Of a stretch of 64,000 nucleotides of DNA, positions 28,138 through 38,170 are shown in pieces (position 1 is the first letter of the stretch; each line of letters begins with the position of its first letter). The notes beneath the pieces are model-generated. The model was given only the letters and a program-made list of their open reading frames with translations. It ran no database searches and was not told the DNA's origin. This DNA comes from Cenarchaeum sp. (GTDB taxonomy: Archaea; Thermoproteota; Nitrososphaeria; Nitrososphaerales; Nitrosopumilaceae), in NCBI GenBank assembly GCA_963692915.1, contig OY843584.1:1376001-1440000 (forward strand), read 5' to 3'. The position numbers and the translations under genes are program-made.

Positions 28138-28902
28138 CTAGAGCTCGAGGAGCGTTGCCTTTTGGTTTATGCCGAGCTTTGTGAGGTGGATCTGGAGCTT
28201 TCTGGGGTCTTTTGTCGTATAGACGCGCAGCGTTGGCGATCCGGCATCCACGCCAACTAGGCGAGCGATGCGCTCGGCGACTGTCGCGGCGGGATCCACA
28301 AACGTCACATTCGAGATAGTCCGGCGCATAAGCGGGAGGAGGAGCGGGAGGTGTGTGCTTGAGAGCGTTGCGACATCAATCGAGTTGCGCTCAAAGGTCT
28401 TGTGGAGCGTTTTGCGTATGGCCGTAACGCAGCGCGGCCTCTGCCCGATAAACCTGGCGTGCTCCACAATGTCGATTAGCGCCGATGCGTCGATGCACGT
28501 GACATTGCACGGGGGAGTCGTGTTGTTCATCTTGATGTGGCGCGCAAGCTCCTCGCTGCGTGATGCAGACCGTGAGGCGAGAACCGCAATGTTGCCGGTC
28601 TTTGACGCCTCCGCCGCGGCCTTTATCGGGGGCAAGACGCCAATGACGCGCTCGCCGAGGAGCTCCGGGGTGAGAAGCGAGGGTGTGTTGGAGCCGACTA
28701 CGATGACGTCTGGGGAGAACTCTTTGCGCAGCGCCCCGATGCACGATGAGACGGCTTCGGCGAGGCGCTCGACGCTCATGGCCCCATAGGGGTAGCTCTG
28801 GCGATCAGCGAGATATATGACCTCAGAGCGCGTGGCCCGCATGATCGGCCCCACGAGGGAGAGCGAGCCGAGGCCCGAGTCAAACACGGCTATCCGCGCC
28901 AT
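28138..28902 (-). CDS. Aspartate/glutamate racemase family protein
   Basis: VFDSGLG and PYG; the catalytic Cys positions read SNT and STH. Confidence 0.75.
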   Translation of the reverse strand: MARIAVFDSGLGSLSLVGPIMRATRSEVIYLADRQSYPYGAMSVERLAEAVSSCIGALRKEFSPDVIVVGSNTPSLLTPELLGERVIGVLPPIKAAAEASKTGNIAVLASRSASRSEELARHIKMNNTTPPCNVTCIDASALIDIVEHARFIGQRPRCVTAIRKTLHKTFERNSIDVATLSSTHLPLLLPLMRRTISNVTFVDPAATVAERIARLVGVDAGSPTLRVYTTKDPRKLQIHLTKLGINQKATLLEL

Positions 28903-28992
28903 GCGCGGGGCGTGCCTAGTCAGCTAATTTTAGCTTACGGTTGATCTAAATATACACCGACCATTAAGAGCTGCGCTCCCGACTCGTGTGCA

Positions 28993-29658
28993 ATGCCAGG
29001 ACTAGAAAAGACATGGACCACTAGGGATCGTCCGGGAGTCGCAGACAAGCTCCGTGGCGCTGTAAAGCCACAGGGAGCACTAAAGCCGCAGATACAGAAT
29101 GCCGTCACAAAGATGCAGGTGCAGGTGCACCGCCTCGATGGCGTCATCACAAAGCTCAATGAGCGCGACGCACAGATATTCCAAAAAATAGTGGCCGCAA
29201 TGCAACAGCATGACACAAACGCCAGTCGTGTTCTCTCCAATGAACTCGTCGAGATACGAAAGGTAAGCCGCAAGATGGCCAGCGTCAGAATGCAGATCGA
29301 GCAGGTTCAGCTTCGCCTTACAACCATGCACGAACTCGGCGACGCAATGGTCGAGCTCACTCCGGCTATGGACACGATGAAGGGTCTACAGCCTGCCCTT
29401 GGCAAGTTCATGCCAGAGGCCGACGGCGAGCTGGCCGGAATGGCCCAGACGCTAGGCGGAATGTTTGGCGAGTCCTCGATTGGTGGCGTGTTTGACCAGC
29501 AAGAGACGGAGGCTCCAAGCGGCGAGACCGCGAGGATACTCGAGGAGGCCCAGGCCATGGCCGAAGTCGGCACGGGAGCAAAGTTCCCCGAGGCTCCAAT
29601 GCCAGATGCGGTGCAGGGCTCTACTTCCTCATCGCCCACGGCATCTACCTTCGAGTAG
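28993..29658 (+). CDS. ESCRT-III (Snf7/CdvB-like) protein
   Basis: Coiled-coil core with IFQKIV..., ASRVLSNELVEIRK and ILEEA. Confidence 0.85.
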   Translation: MPGLEKTWTTRDRPGVADKLRGAVKPQGALKPQIQNAVTKMQVQVHRLDGVITKLNERDAQIFQKIVAAMQQHDTNASRVLSNELVEIRKVSRKMASVRMQIEQVQLRLTTMHELGDAMVELTPAMDTMKGLQPALGKFMPEADGELAGMAQTLGGMFGESSIGGVFDQQETEAPSGETARILEEAQAMAEVGTGAKFPEAPMPDAVQGSTSSSPTASTFE

Positions 29659-29696
29659 TCAAGAATTTTTCATTTTTTTAATTGTGCGCTAGTGCG

Positions 29697-30986
29697 CTAT
29701 TCCCACGATACCGCGTCAGACGAGTGGGTGTAGAGGCCCTTGCGCTCCCACGTGTCGCCGGTGACTCCCCAGATCTCATAGTTGGCCGACTGTAGGTCAC
29801 CGGCCTCGTTTAGCTGGGCCGGCCCTATTGCGCCATAGTACCTTGATGCGACATCTGGCACGATCTCGCGTATTGCGTTGGCGTCATCCGAGTCGAGCTG
29901 CAGCATTGCGAGGCCGTATATCCACGGCACGTCATATGACGAGTGGACAAAGGCGCTTGGGATGTATCCAAACTCCTCGCTCAGCTTTTCCTCCACCCTC
30001 TCGTATATCGCATTCTTTGAGACGGCGACCTGCGTCGTGGTGTACTCTACGCTGTTGGAGAACTCGCGCGCTATTGGATCCCCGACAATGTCAGGGTCCT
30101 TTGTAGTCGAGCCGGCCCCAAACCAGAGCGTGCCGGCAAGCTCGGGGTGCTCAGAGGCTGACTGCATGAACTGCGTGGCCTCTGAAAAGCTGATCATCGC
30201 GACGCCTATGCTCTGCGCGCCGCCCTCGCGTGCCTCGGCGACGCGCTCGGCTAGAAGCGACGTTGTCGCCGCAAAGTCTGGCGCCTCGGGGTTGTAGCGT
30301 AGCTTGTTGTTCTCCTCGACTATGCCGCCAAAGGAGGCAAACGAGCTAAACGTGCTGTTGCTCAGGCCGTCGCCCCACGCGTCACCGCGCCATGTCGTGA
30401 TGAGCGTGTCGACGCCACGAGCCTCAATGACGCGAGCGAGCGCGTGACCCTGGTTGCTGTCGTCTGGAACGAGGCGGTAGACGCTGTCATCAGGTATCGC
30501 AAGTGTTGGAGCCGACGAGCAGCAGCTCATCAGAACCATTCCGTTGGCGTCTGCGTACCCCTTTACGTTGCGTATTGCCGAGCTTGTCTCTGGTCCCACA
30601 ATGATCTGGATGTCGCGCGAGTTGAGCGATGTCAGCTTGTCAAGGGCGACGACGGGATTCGTCGCGCTGTCCTCGACTGCAAGGCCCATTCTCCACGGCG
30701 CGTCGATCTTTTCAAGATGCTCATTAAAGTCATCAACGCCCATTCTTGTTCCCGCAAGGTTCTCCTCGCCGTGGGCCGAAAGGTCTCCGGTCGTCGGGAG
30801 TATGACGCCTAGTGTGATTGTGCCGCTGAGTCCGGTGTCAGCCTGCATGGGCATCTCGCCTGTCCCCTCCATGACCACCGTCGTTGACTGTGACGAGCCG
30901 GCGGCATAGCCGATAACAAGACCCAGGATTATCGCCGCAATTGGAATGATCGCGCGCCCGCGTGACTTGCCGCTACTGCCCTCCAT
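29697..30986 (-). CDS. ABC transporter substrate-binding protein (LivJ-like)
   Basis: N-terminal transmembrane segment, GVILPTTG, EDSATNP, VGPETS, LNEAGD. Confidence 0.85.
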   Translation of the reverse strand: MEGSSGKSRGRAIIPIAAIILGLVIGYAAGSSQSTTVVMEGTGEMPMQADTGLSGTITLGVILPTTGDLSAHGEENLAGTRMGVDDFNEHLEKIDAPWRMGLAVEDSATNPVVALDKLTSLNSRDIQIIVGPETSSAIRNVKGYADANGMVLMSCCSSAPTLAIPDDSVYRLVPDDSNQGHALARVIEARGVDTLITTWRGDAWGDGLSNSTFSSFASFGGIVEENNKLRYNPEAPDFAATTSLLAERVAEAREGGAQSIGVAMISFSEATQFMQSASEHPELAGTLWFGAGSTTKDPDIVGDPIAREFSNSVEYTTTQVAVSKNAIYERVEEKLSEEFGYIPSAFVHSSYDVPWIYGLAMLQLDSDDANAIREIVPDVASRYYGAIGPAQLNEAGDLQSANYEIWGVTGDTWERKGLYTHSSDAVSWE

Positions 30987-31062
30987 GCGCACGCCTCGTA
31001 AATGGGTAGTATATACCCGTTTGTGAGGCGGGCCAGACGCTATGCGGCACCAGGCATTATGG

Positions 31063-31139
31063 TGGTGGGGCCGGCAGGATTTGAACCTGCGACCACTAGC
31101 ACCCCAGGCTAGCATCCTGCCATGCTAGACAACGGCCCC
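31063..31139 (-). tRNA. tRNA-Pro (GGG) with encoded CCA
   Basis: GGGGCCG acceptor stem, CTAGC-CTGGGGT-GCTAG anticodon arm, GGTTCAAATCC T-arm. Confidence 0.95.
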
Positions 31140-31246
31140 ACGAGCCACACGCGCCGGACCGAAATTATTAAACCGTGGCGTTGCGTGCGAATCGAGGCGG
31201 CGCGTGGTGACTAGCACGCGTGCGTGGAGGCGGCACGGGGCGGGGA

Positions 31247-32002
31247 CTAGCGTTCCTGCTCGCGGGGCCGGATCAGAATCTCGTTGACGTTCACGCGCGA
31301 GGGCGTGCGCAGAGCGTAGACTATCGACTCGGCAATGTCCTCGGACTTGAGGGCATCCATCTTTTTGGCTCCCTCGACGAACGAGGAGAGCGACTCGTCA
31401 GTTATCGTGCTGGTGAGCTCGGTTGCGACAACGCCGGGCTCTATGCACGTGACGCGCACGCCCGAGCGCGCGCTGAGCTCCTGCCTCAGGCCCTCGCTAA
31501 ACGCGGTGACAAAGTGCTTTGTTCCGCAATAGACGCTTCCGGCCGGAAAGACGAGACGGCCGGCGACTGATGACACGTTTACGATGTGGCCCGACTTTGC
31601 CGCCGTCATTATGGGCACGACGGCAGCAGTCATGTAGAGAACCCCCTTTATGTTGACGTCGACCATCCTTTCCCACTCGTCAACCTTTAGCCTCTTTACA
31701 AAGCTGAGTGGCATGAGGCCCGCATTGTTGATGAGAATGTCAACTGTGCCCCACTCGTCGGCTGCGGCTTGCACGAGTGAGTCGCATGACGCGCGGTCAG
31801 TCACGTCAAGTGCGCAATGGAGAGCCTTGCCGCCGGCCGCCTCGATCTCAGCAGTAAGAGCCTCGAGGCGATCCGTTCGGCGTGCGCCGATGGCCACCCT
31901 GGCGCCCTCTTTTGCGAGCGCAAGGGCAGTCGCGCGGCCAATGCCGCTGCTCGCACCGGTGACTATGGCAACCTTGTCACGCATCAGGGCGCACCCCGCC
32001 AA
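31247..32002 (-). CDS. Short-chain dehydrogenase/reductase
   Basis: TGASSGIG, NNAG and YCGTK motifs. Confidence 0.92.
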   Translation of the reverse strand: MAGCALMRDKVAIVTGASSGIGRATALALAKEGARVAIGARRTDRLEALTAEIEAAGGKALHCALDVTDRASCDSLVQAAADEWGTVDILINNAGLMPLSFVKRLKVDEWERMVDVNIKGVLYMTAAVVPIMTAAKSGHIVNVSSVAGRLVFPAGSVYCGTKHFVTAFSEGLRQELSARSGVRVTCIEPGVVATELTSTITDESLSSFVEGAKKMDALKSEDIAESIVYALRTPSRVNVNEILIRPREQER

Positions 32003-32063
32003 TGTTGCGCTAAATACGTTTGTGAGCTCCCTTTAAAGAGGGCACGCGCGGCGGCGTGTCGGC

Positions 32064-32288
32064 ATGAAGCCCGTGGCGTGCGCATACTGTGGGGATATGA
32101 CTGATCTCCCATTCGAGTGCAGCTATTGCCGCGACCCTTTCTGCGCCGACCATCGCCTCCCCGAGGAGCACCGCTGCGTAAAGCTGCGCCAGATCCGCTC
32201 TAGTCGCTTTGGCGAGCGTGGCGTCGTGCGCGATGCGCCCAAGGGGTCGCGTGGACTCGCGGGTCGCCTCTTTGGGCGACGGCGCTAG
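32064..32288 (+). CDS. AN1-type zinc finger protein
   Basis: CAYC...LPFECSYC...FC..HRLPEEHRC. Confidence 0.85.
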   Translation: MKPVACAYCGDMTDLPFECSYCRDPFCADHRLPEEHRCVKLRQIRSSRFGERGVVRDAPKGSRGLAGRLFGRRR

Positions 32289-32563
32289 TACGACACGCGC
32301 GATGGGTCAAGTGCGGCTCGACGCGCCTGGTATACGAGCGCGATGGCGAGCGCAACTAGAACGAGTGATGTGAGCCAGTGCGGCGTGGGCAGCGCAGTCA
32401 CGTACGCGACTGCAAAGGCCACACACATGATGGCCTGTGTGGTTAGCTTTGTCCATTTGGGCGTGTGGATGAGGCGCCATACGCCCTCGATCACAAGTAG
32501 CGCGACTGCCGGCCATGTCGCTAGGAGCAAAAAGTCGATGACATCGACGCCCGTGTGCGACAC
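32285..32563 (-). CDS. Small membrane protein
   Basis: Three hydrophobic helices. Confidence 0.7.
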   Translation of the reverse strand: MSHTGVDVIDFLLLATWPAVALLVIEGVWRLIHTPKWTKLTTQAIMCVAFAVAYVTALPTPHWLTSLVLVALAIALVYQARRAALDPSRVSY

Positions 32564-32601
32564 GCGCGCGGGGCGCGCAGAACGCCTATTTGTTTTATGG
32601 G

Positions 32602-33198
32602 CTAGGCCCCGTGCGCAAAGTCGCCCCAGCGCAGGCGGATCGCCGATCCCTGTGCCTCTAGCGTGACGGCGTTCTCGAGCGGGAGGCAGGCGACCTCGTG
32701 CTCGCCGTATGGGCCGTACTGGCGAAGATCAGTGCCGACCAGCTCGTCTATGGGCTTGCGCGTCACGACGACTGCGAGCTTTTGGCGGTGGCGCTCGGAT
32801 ATCGTCTCGAGTATCCGCGGCTTTCCCCCAAGGACCGCCGAGAGGACCGCCGAGCGGGCTTCGCGGGCCTCGTCCTCAAACCCGAGGGCGCGCTTTTCCT
32901 CGTCTAGGAGGTTGACATAGTCTGGCGAGCCCGGCTCGGGCGACTTTGACATCCTTGTGTCGACTAGAAGGACTGCGAGTCCGGTGACTATGGAGAGGAG
33001 CGACTCTTGCATCCTTGCGGCCACGCCGTCATACTCCTCGGCGCGGAGGCGCGCGATGAGGCTCGAGGTGCGGCGGTACGTGTCGCCCTCGATCTCCTGG
33101 ACCGAGGGAGAGGCCATCTCGGCGGCGACTAGCGCGTGGAGCGCAACGGCGTCAGCGTGTCCCTCTGCTGCCATGAGGGCGCGCGCAGTGGCGCCCAA
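32602..33198 (-). CDS. GINS complex subunit-like protein
   Basis: Helical domain followed by a B-domain-like segment ELVGTDLRQYGPY..EVACLP.ENA..L...G. Confidence 0.6.
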   Translation of the reverse strand: MGATARALMAAEGHADAVALHALVAAEMASPSVQEIEGDTYRRTSSLIARLRAEEYDGVAARMQESLLSIVTGLAVLLVDTRMSKSPEPGSPDYVNLLDEEKRALGFEDEAREARSAVLSAVLGGKPRILETISERHRQKLAVVVTRKPIDELVGTDLRQYGPYGEHEVACLPLENAVTLEAQGSAIRLRWGDFAHGA

Positions 33199-33243
33199 TC
33201 CTTAAATGTTAGCAGGCGGGGGGCCGAAGCCGAGGAGCAAGCG

Positions 33244-34701
33244 TTGCCTTATAGGGTTAGCCACGGAAAGCCAATACCAGTGGGTTATTCGCCCGACGAG
33301 GTTTTCTCAAAGATAAGCCACGACGGCATACGCTTCATCGACCTCCAGTTCACAAGCCTGCCGGGCCGCTTTCACCACACGACGATATCAGCAGACACGT
33401 TTACGCCCGAGCAGATGCGCGACGGCCTGCCAAAGCTTGACGGCTCGTCGATCGTCGGCTTTACCGAGATAGAGGACTCTGACCTCCTCCTAAAGCCGGA
33501 TCCCAACACGTACGCGACGATACCGTGGATGACTGAGAACAAGACGGCTCGCATGCTCTGCGACGTCTACTGGGGAATGGCCCGCGGACGCCTCTCGCGC
33601 GATCCTCGCGGCATTGCGCAAAAGGCCCAGGCCCATCTCGCCGCGCAGGGCTATGATAGCATGTGGGGGCCGGAAGTCGAGTTCTTTGTGTTCGACAAGG
33701 TGACATGGGACGTCCTAACCCCATACAAGGGTCAGTCATACTCGATAGAGTCAGTCGAGGCGCCGTGGAGCAGCAACGGCGCAGGATACCCGATGGGCCT
33801 ACAGGAGGGATACTATCCTAGCACGCCATCAGACACGCTCACGCCGTTTCGCAACGAGTGCGTCAACATGCTAAACCAGGACTTTGGCATACTGTGCGAC
33901 AACCACCACCACGAGGTCGCAACTGCCGGACAGTGCGAGATAGACATACGCTACGACTCGCTCACAAACTCGGCGGACTCGACGCAGACGTACAAGTTTG
34001 TAGTCAGGAATGTCGCCAAAAAGTACGGCAAGGTCGCAACGATGATGCCAAAGCCCGTCTCGATGGATGCCGGCTCGGGCATGCACACAAACGTCAGCCT
34101 CTGGAAGGACAAAAAGAACGCCTTCTTTGACAAGGACGATCCTGACGAGCTCAGCCAGCTCGGGCGCTACTTTTGCGGCGGAATCATAGACCACGCGCGT
34201 GCGCTCTCGGCGATAACGAACCCAACGACGAACTCGTACCATCGCCTAGTTCCCGGCTACGAGGCGCCAGTCTACATGGCGTGGAGCGGGAGCAACCGCT
34301 CGGCCATAGTCCGCATTCCAAAGCACTTCAAGGGCAAGGGGTACGCCTCGCTCAAGCGCCTCGAGTTCCGCGCGCCTGACCCGTCGGCCAACCCCTACCT
34401 AGTCTTCTCGGCCGTCCTCGCAGCGGGCCTAGATGGCATAAAGAAAAAGAAGGACCCCGGTGATGCGGTCCATGAGGACATATTCAAGATGACAAAGGCC
34501 GAGCGCGTAAAGCGTGGGATCGGCGTCCTGCCCTCAAGCCTCGGCGAGGCCATCGACGAGCTCGAGTCAGACCGCAAGTTCCTCAGCCCCATATTCACCG
34601 CCGACGTCATTGACGTCATAGTCGAGCTTGAAAAGCGTGACCAGCGCGAGGTCCTCATAAGGCCACACCCCTACGAGTTTGACCTCTACTTTGACGTCTA
34701 G
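33244..34701 (+). CDS. glnA: Glutamine synthetase type I
   Basis: DGSSI, GPEVEF, HHHEVA, GSGMH, NSYHRLVPGYEAP, RLEFR. Confidence 0.96.
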   Translation: MPYRVSHGKPIPVGYSPDEVFSKISHDGIRFIDLQFTSLPGRFHHTTISADTFTPEQMRDGLPKLDGSSIVGFTEIEDSDLLLKPDPNTYATIPWMTENKTARMLCDVYWGMARGRLSRDPRGIAQKAQAHLAAQGYDSMWGPEVEFFVFDKVTWDVLTPYKGQSYSIESVEAPWSSNGAGYPMGLQEGYYPSTPSDTLTPFRNECVNMLNQDFGILCDNHHHEVATAGQCEIDIRYDSLTNSADSTQTYKFVVRNVAKKYGKVATMMPKPVSMDAGSGMHTNVSLWKDKKNAFFDKDDPDELSQLGRYFCGGIIDHARALSAITNPTTNSYHRLVPGYEAPVYMAWSGSNRSAIVRIPKHFKGKGYASLKRLEFRAPDPSANPYLVFSAVLAAGLDGIKKKKDPGDAVHEDIFKMTKAERVKRGIGVLPSSLGEAIDELESDRKFLSPIFTADVIDVIVELEKRDQREVLIRPHPYEFDLYFDV

Positions 34702-34945
34702 ATGACGCCGGACATGACGAGTATCAGCGTAAACGAGGTCACGATTATCAGGAATCCTGTCACAAAGAGCGGCTTTGGCGACTTTGAGCTCGTCGAACGG
34801 TACACGGCAAGGCCGCCGAGCAGGCCCATAAAGAGAACGAGCACGCCGGCTATGACCTCGGCGAGCGAGCCGCCGCTAACAAACGGGTAAAAGACGCCAG
34901 AGAGCAGGGCAAAGAAGCCAATGAGATATGCGATCTTTATGCACG
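34698..34945 (-). CDS. Small membrane protein (start uncertain)
   Basis: Three hydrophobic segments in the C-terminal part of ORF 34698-35144. Confidence 0.6.
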
Positions 34946-34993
34946 TAAGTGTGCGGCGTCCAAAGCTGGCCGTGTTGGCCACGTGCGCGTCAC

Positions 34994-36688
34994 TCACATC
35001 ATCCCGCCCATGTCGCCCATGCCACCCATACCGCCCATGCCTCCCATTCCGGGCATTCCACCCATGCCCCCTTCGGGGCCGCCGGGCGGCGGGCCGGCTG
35101 ACTTTGCGGTGGCCACAACGTCGTCGATGCGCAGTATCATGCATGCGGCCTCAGACGCGGCCGAGACGACCTGCATCTTTACTGCGAGGGGCTCGACTAT
35201 GTCACTTGACTTCATGTTTGCGATGCGCGCGCGCAGAACGTCGATGCCGGTCCACTTGTCGCCCTGCGTCTGCTTTGCGCGCAGCGAGGCAAGCGTGTCT
35301 ATCGGATCCATGCCGGCGTTCTCGGCTAGCGTGAGCGGTATGACCTCTAGTGCGTCAGCAAAGCGCTCGATTGCGAGCTGCTCTCGACCCTCGAGTGACT
35401 TTGCCCACGAGCGGAGGCGCGTGGCCGCGTACGTCTCAGGCGCGCCGCCGCCGGCGACGACGAAGGGCGACTGCATGACGTCCTTTACGACCATTATAGC
35501 GTCATGAACCGAGCGGTCGACCTCGTCGACTACGCGCTGCGAGCCGCCGCGCAGGAGGAGCGAGACGGACTTTGGGTGACGGCACCCCTCGATAAAGACC
35601 CACTTGTCCTCCTCGATCTTGCGCTCCTCGGCGAGGGCCGCCGAGCCCAGATCCTTCTCAAAGAGGTCATCGAGGTTTGTCACGATTCGCGCGCCAGTCG
35701 CACGCGAGAGCTTTGTCATGTCGCTCTCCTTTATCCGGCGAACTCCCATAATGCCGGCCTTTGCAAGATAGTGCTGGGCCATGTCGTCGATCGCCTTTTG
35801 GCAGAGCACGACGGTGGCGCCCGAGCCAATTATCTTGTCGACCATGCCCTTTAGCATCCTGTTCTCCTCGTCGAGGAACGCTTTCATCTGTTGCGGGTTT
35901 TGTATGTTGATCTTTGCGTCAGTCTCAGTCTTTGTGATCTCGAGCGCTGCGTTGATGAGGGCTATCTTTGCGTCCTTTATGCTGTCAGGCATGCCGGAGT
36001 GGACGACCTCCTTGTCAAGGATGACCCCCTCGACTATGGTCGAGTCGCCTATCGAGCCGCCGGCCTTTTTCTCCACCTTTATGTCGTCATCGTCCATCGT
36101 GTACGCGTCTCCCTCCTTTTCTGCGACGGCGAGTGCCGCCTTTACGACCATTGCGGCTAGCGCGTCAGAGTCCTTTCTGACGAGCTTTGTCTGCATTGAC
36201 GTCTTTGCGACCTTTGTGAGCATTGTCTTGTCACCGGCGCTCACATCCTCGGATATTTCGGCGAGGAGCTTTTTGGTCTTGGCCGCGGCCCTTCTGTATC
36301 CGTCAACGACTATGGTGGGATGAACGTTCTGGTTGAGGAGACCCTCGGCAGCCTCTAGGAGCCCACCGGCAAAGACGACGGCTGATGTCGTCCCGTCGCC
36401 GACCTCGTTGTCAGTCGTCTTTGCTATCTCGACGAGCATCTTTGCGGCCGGGTGCTGCACGTCTATCTCCTTTAGTATCGTCGCGCCGTCGTTCGTTATC
36501 GTGACGTCGCCTAGCGTGTCGACGAGCATCTTGTCCATGCCCCGTGGCCCGAGGCTAGTCGAGACTATCTCGGCGACTATCTTTGAGGCCTGGATGTTGT
36601 TCTTGTGCGCGTCACGACCCTTCGTCTCAGACGCACCGTCCTTTAACAGCACAACTGGCATGTTAGCCTTTGATGCCTGCACGCTCAT
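34994..36688 (-). CDS. Thermosome (group II chaperonin) subunit
   Basis: [27 protein letters not shown]-rich tail. Confidence 0.96.
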   Translation of the reverse strand: MSVQASKANMPVVLLKDGASETKGRDAHKNNIQASKIVAEIVSTSLGPRGMDKMLVDTLGDVTITNDGATILKEIDVQHPAAKMLVEIAKTTDNEVGDGTTSAVVFAGGLLEAAEGLLNQNVHPTIVVDGYRRAAAKTKKLLAEISEDVSAGDKTMLTKVAKTSMQTKLVRKDSDALAAMVVKAALAVAEKEGDAYTMDDDDIKVEKKAGGSIGDSTIVEGVILDKEVVHSGMPDSIKDAKIALINAALEITKTETDAKINIQNPQQMKAFLDEENRMLKGMVDKIIGSGATVVLCQKAIDDMAQHYLAKAGIMGVRRIKESDMTKLSRATGARIVTNLDDLFEKDLGSAALAEERKIEEDKWVFIEGCRHPKSVSLLLRGGSQRVVDEVDRSVHDAIMVVKDVMQSPFVVAGGGAPETYAATRLRSWAKSLEGREQLAIERFADALEVIPLTLAENAGMDPIDTLASLRAKQTQGDKWTGIDVLRARIANMKSSDIVEPLAVKMQVVSAASEAACMILRIDDVVATAKSAGPPPGGPEGGMGGMPGMGGMGGMGGMGDMGGMM

Positions 36689-36790
36689 GGGTGAGGGGCT
36701 TGAAATATACCTTTTAAACCTTGCTTGGATCCGAGGGTGGGCGCGGTGTTGGCCGGCGCGCAGATGTTTTAAATTGCGAGATATGCGCGC

Positions 36791-38161
36791 GTGCGCATGG
36801 TGGCCACACGCAGGCGACCTGCCGCCAAGGCGGCCGGTTCGGGCAGCTCGACGGCAAAAAAGGCGTATATGCGCGTCTTTGGCTCCCTAAAGGACCACAG
36901 CCGCCTCTTCTCAGAGGCCATACCCCTCATAGCCAGCGAGAACATCCCCTCGCCGGCGGTGCGCGAGGCCCTCCTGTCAGACTTTGGAAACAGGTATGCC
37001 GAGGGGTGGCCCGGCGAGCGCGTCTATGCGGGGTGTGCGCATATCGACAAGGTCGAAGTCGAGTGCATGAGGCTTGCGAGGCGGCTGTTCAAGGCAGAGT
37101 TTGCCGACGTGAGGCCGATCTCTGGCGTCGTTGCAAACCTCGCGATATACTCGGCGTTTAGCGACCCCGGCGACACGATGATCGCCCCGTCGATACCGGC
37201 CGGCGGGCACATCTCGCACGGCAAGCGCGAGCACTCTGGGACAGCCGGCCTCGTCCACGGGCTCAACATCGAGTTTTACCCGTTTGACGCAGACGAGATG
37301 GCCATTGACGTTGATGCGACCAAAAAGAAGGTTCGTGCGCTAAAGCGTGACGGGCGCACGCCGAGGATGGCGATGCTCGGCGGATCGCTCTTCCTGTTCC
37401 CGCACCCCGTCGCCGAGCTCGCCGGATTCTTCAAGTCGCACAAGATGCACCTAAACTATGACGCCGCGCATGTCGCCGGCCTCATAGCCGGCGGCAAGTT
37501 TCAGGATCCGCTGCGTGAGGGTGCCGATACGATGACGATGAGCACGCACAAGACGCTCTTTGGGCCGCAGGGCGGGCTCGTCCTGGGCGCAGAGTCGCAC
37601 GGCGAGGCCATAAAGCGCGCCGTCTTTCCTGGCCTCACAAGCAGCCATCACATACACCACATGGCCGCCAAGGCCGTCGCGTTTGCCGAGACGATCGAGT
37701 TTGGGCGCGCATACGCCGCGCAGGTCGTCACCAACGCAAAGCGCCTCGCCGAGGAGCTCAGCTCGCTGGGCCTCTGCGTGCTCGGCGAGCGGCGCGGGTT
37801 TACGCAGTCACACCAGATAGCCGTCAACGTCTGGGAGTACGCCGATGGCGGGACCGTCGAGGCTGCCCTAGAGCGGGCCAACATCATAGTCAACAGGCAG
37901 CTCATACCGGGTGACATAAAGGCCGGCCGCAACTATATGCGCCCCGGCGGCATACGCCTGGGCGTCTCGGAGGTCACGCGCCTCGGCATGCGCGGCGGCG
38001 AGATGGCCGAGATTGCGCGGCTCATAAAGGCCGCCATTGTGGACGGGGGTGACGCGCGCAGGATTCGCACCGCCGCGCGCGAGTTGCGAAAGAACCACCA
38101 AAAGGCGAGGTACTGCTTTGACGGGCGCCTCGGCGCCTACGAGTATGTCAGGCTTCGCTAG
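36791..38161 (+). CDS. glyA: Serine hydroxymethyltransferase
   Basis: [28 protein letters not shown]. Confidence 0.95.
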   Translation: MRMVATRRRPAAKAAGSGSSTAKKAYMRVFGSLKDHSRLFSEAIPLIASENIPSPAVREALLSDFGNRYAEGWPGERVYAGCAHIDKVEVECMRLARRLFKAEFADVRPISGVVANLAIYSAFSDPGDTMIAPSIPAGGHISHGKREHSGTAGLVHGLNIEFYPFDADEMAIDVDATKKKVRALKRDGRTPRMAMLGGSLFLFPHPVAELAGFFKSHKMHLNYDAAHVAGLIAGGKFQDPLREGADTMTMSTHKTLFGPQGGLVLGAESHGEAIKRAVFPGLTSSHHIHHMAAKAVAFAETIEFGRAYAAQVVTNAKRLAEELSSLGLCVLGERRGFTQSHQIAVNVWEYADGGTVEAALERANIIVNRQLIPGDIKAGRNYMRPGGIRLGVSEVTRLGMRGGEMAEIARLIKAAIVDGGDARRIRTAARELRKNHQKARYCFDGRLGAYEYVRLR

Positions 38162-38170
38162 GCAGGCCCC

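Noticed and set aside
31063-31139. tRNA-Pro as an integration site
   Set aside because: No duplicated tRNA 3' end or integrase was seen nearby; the flanks are core-like genes.
35000-35090. GGM-rich repeat
   Set aside because: This is the ordinary chaperonin C-terminal tail.
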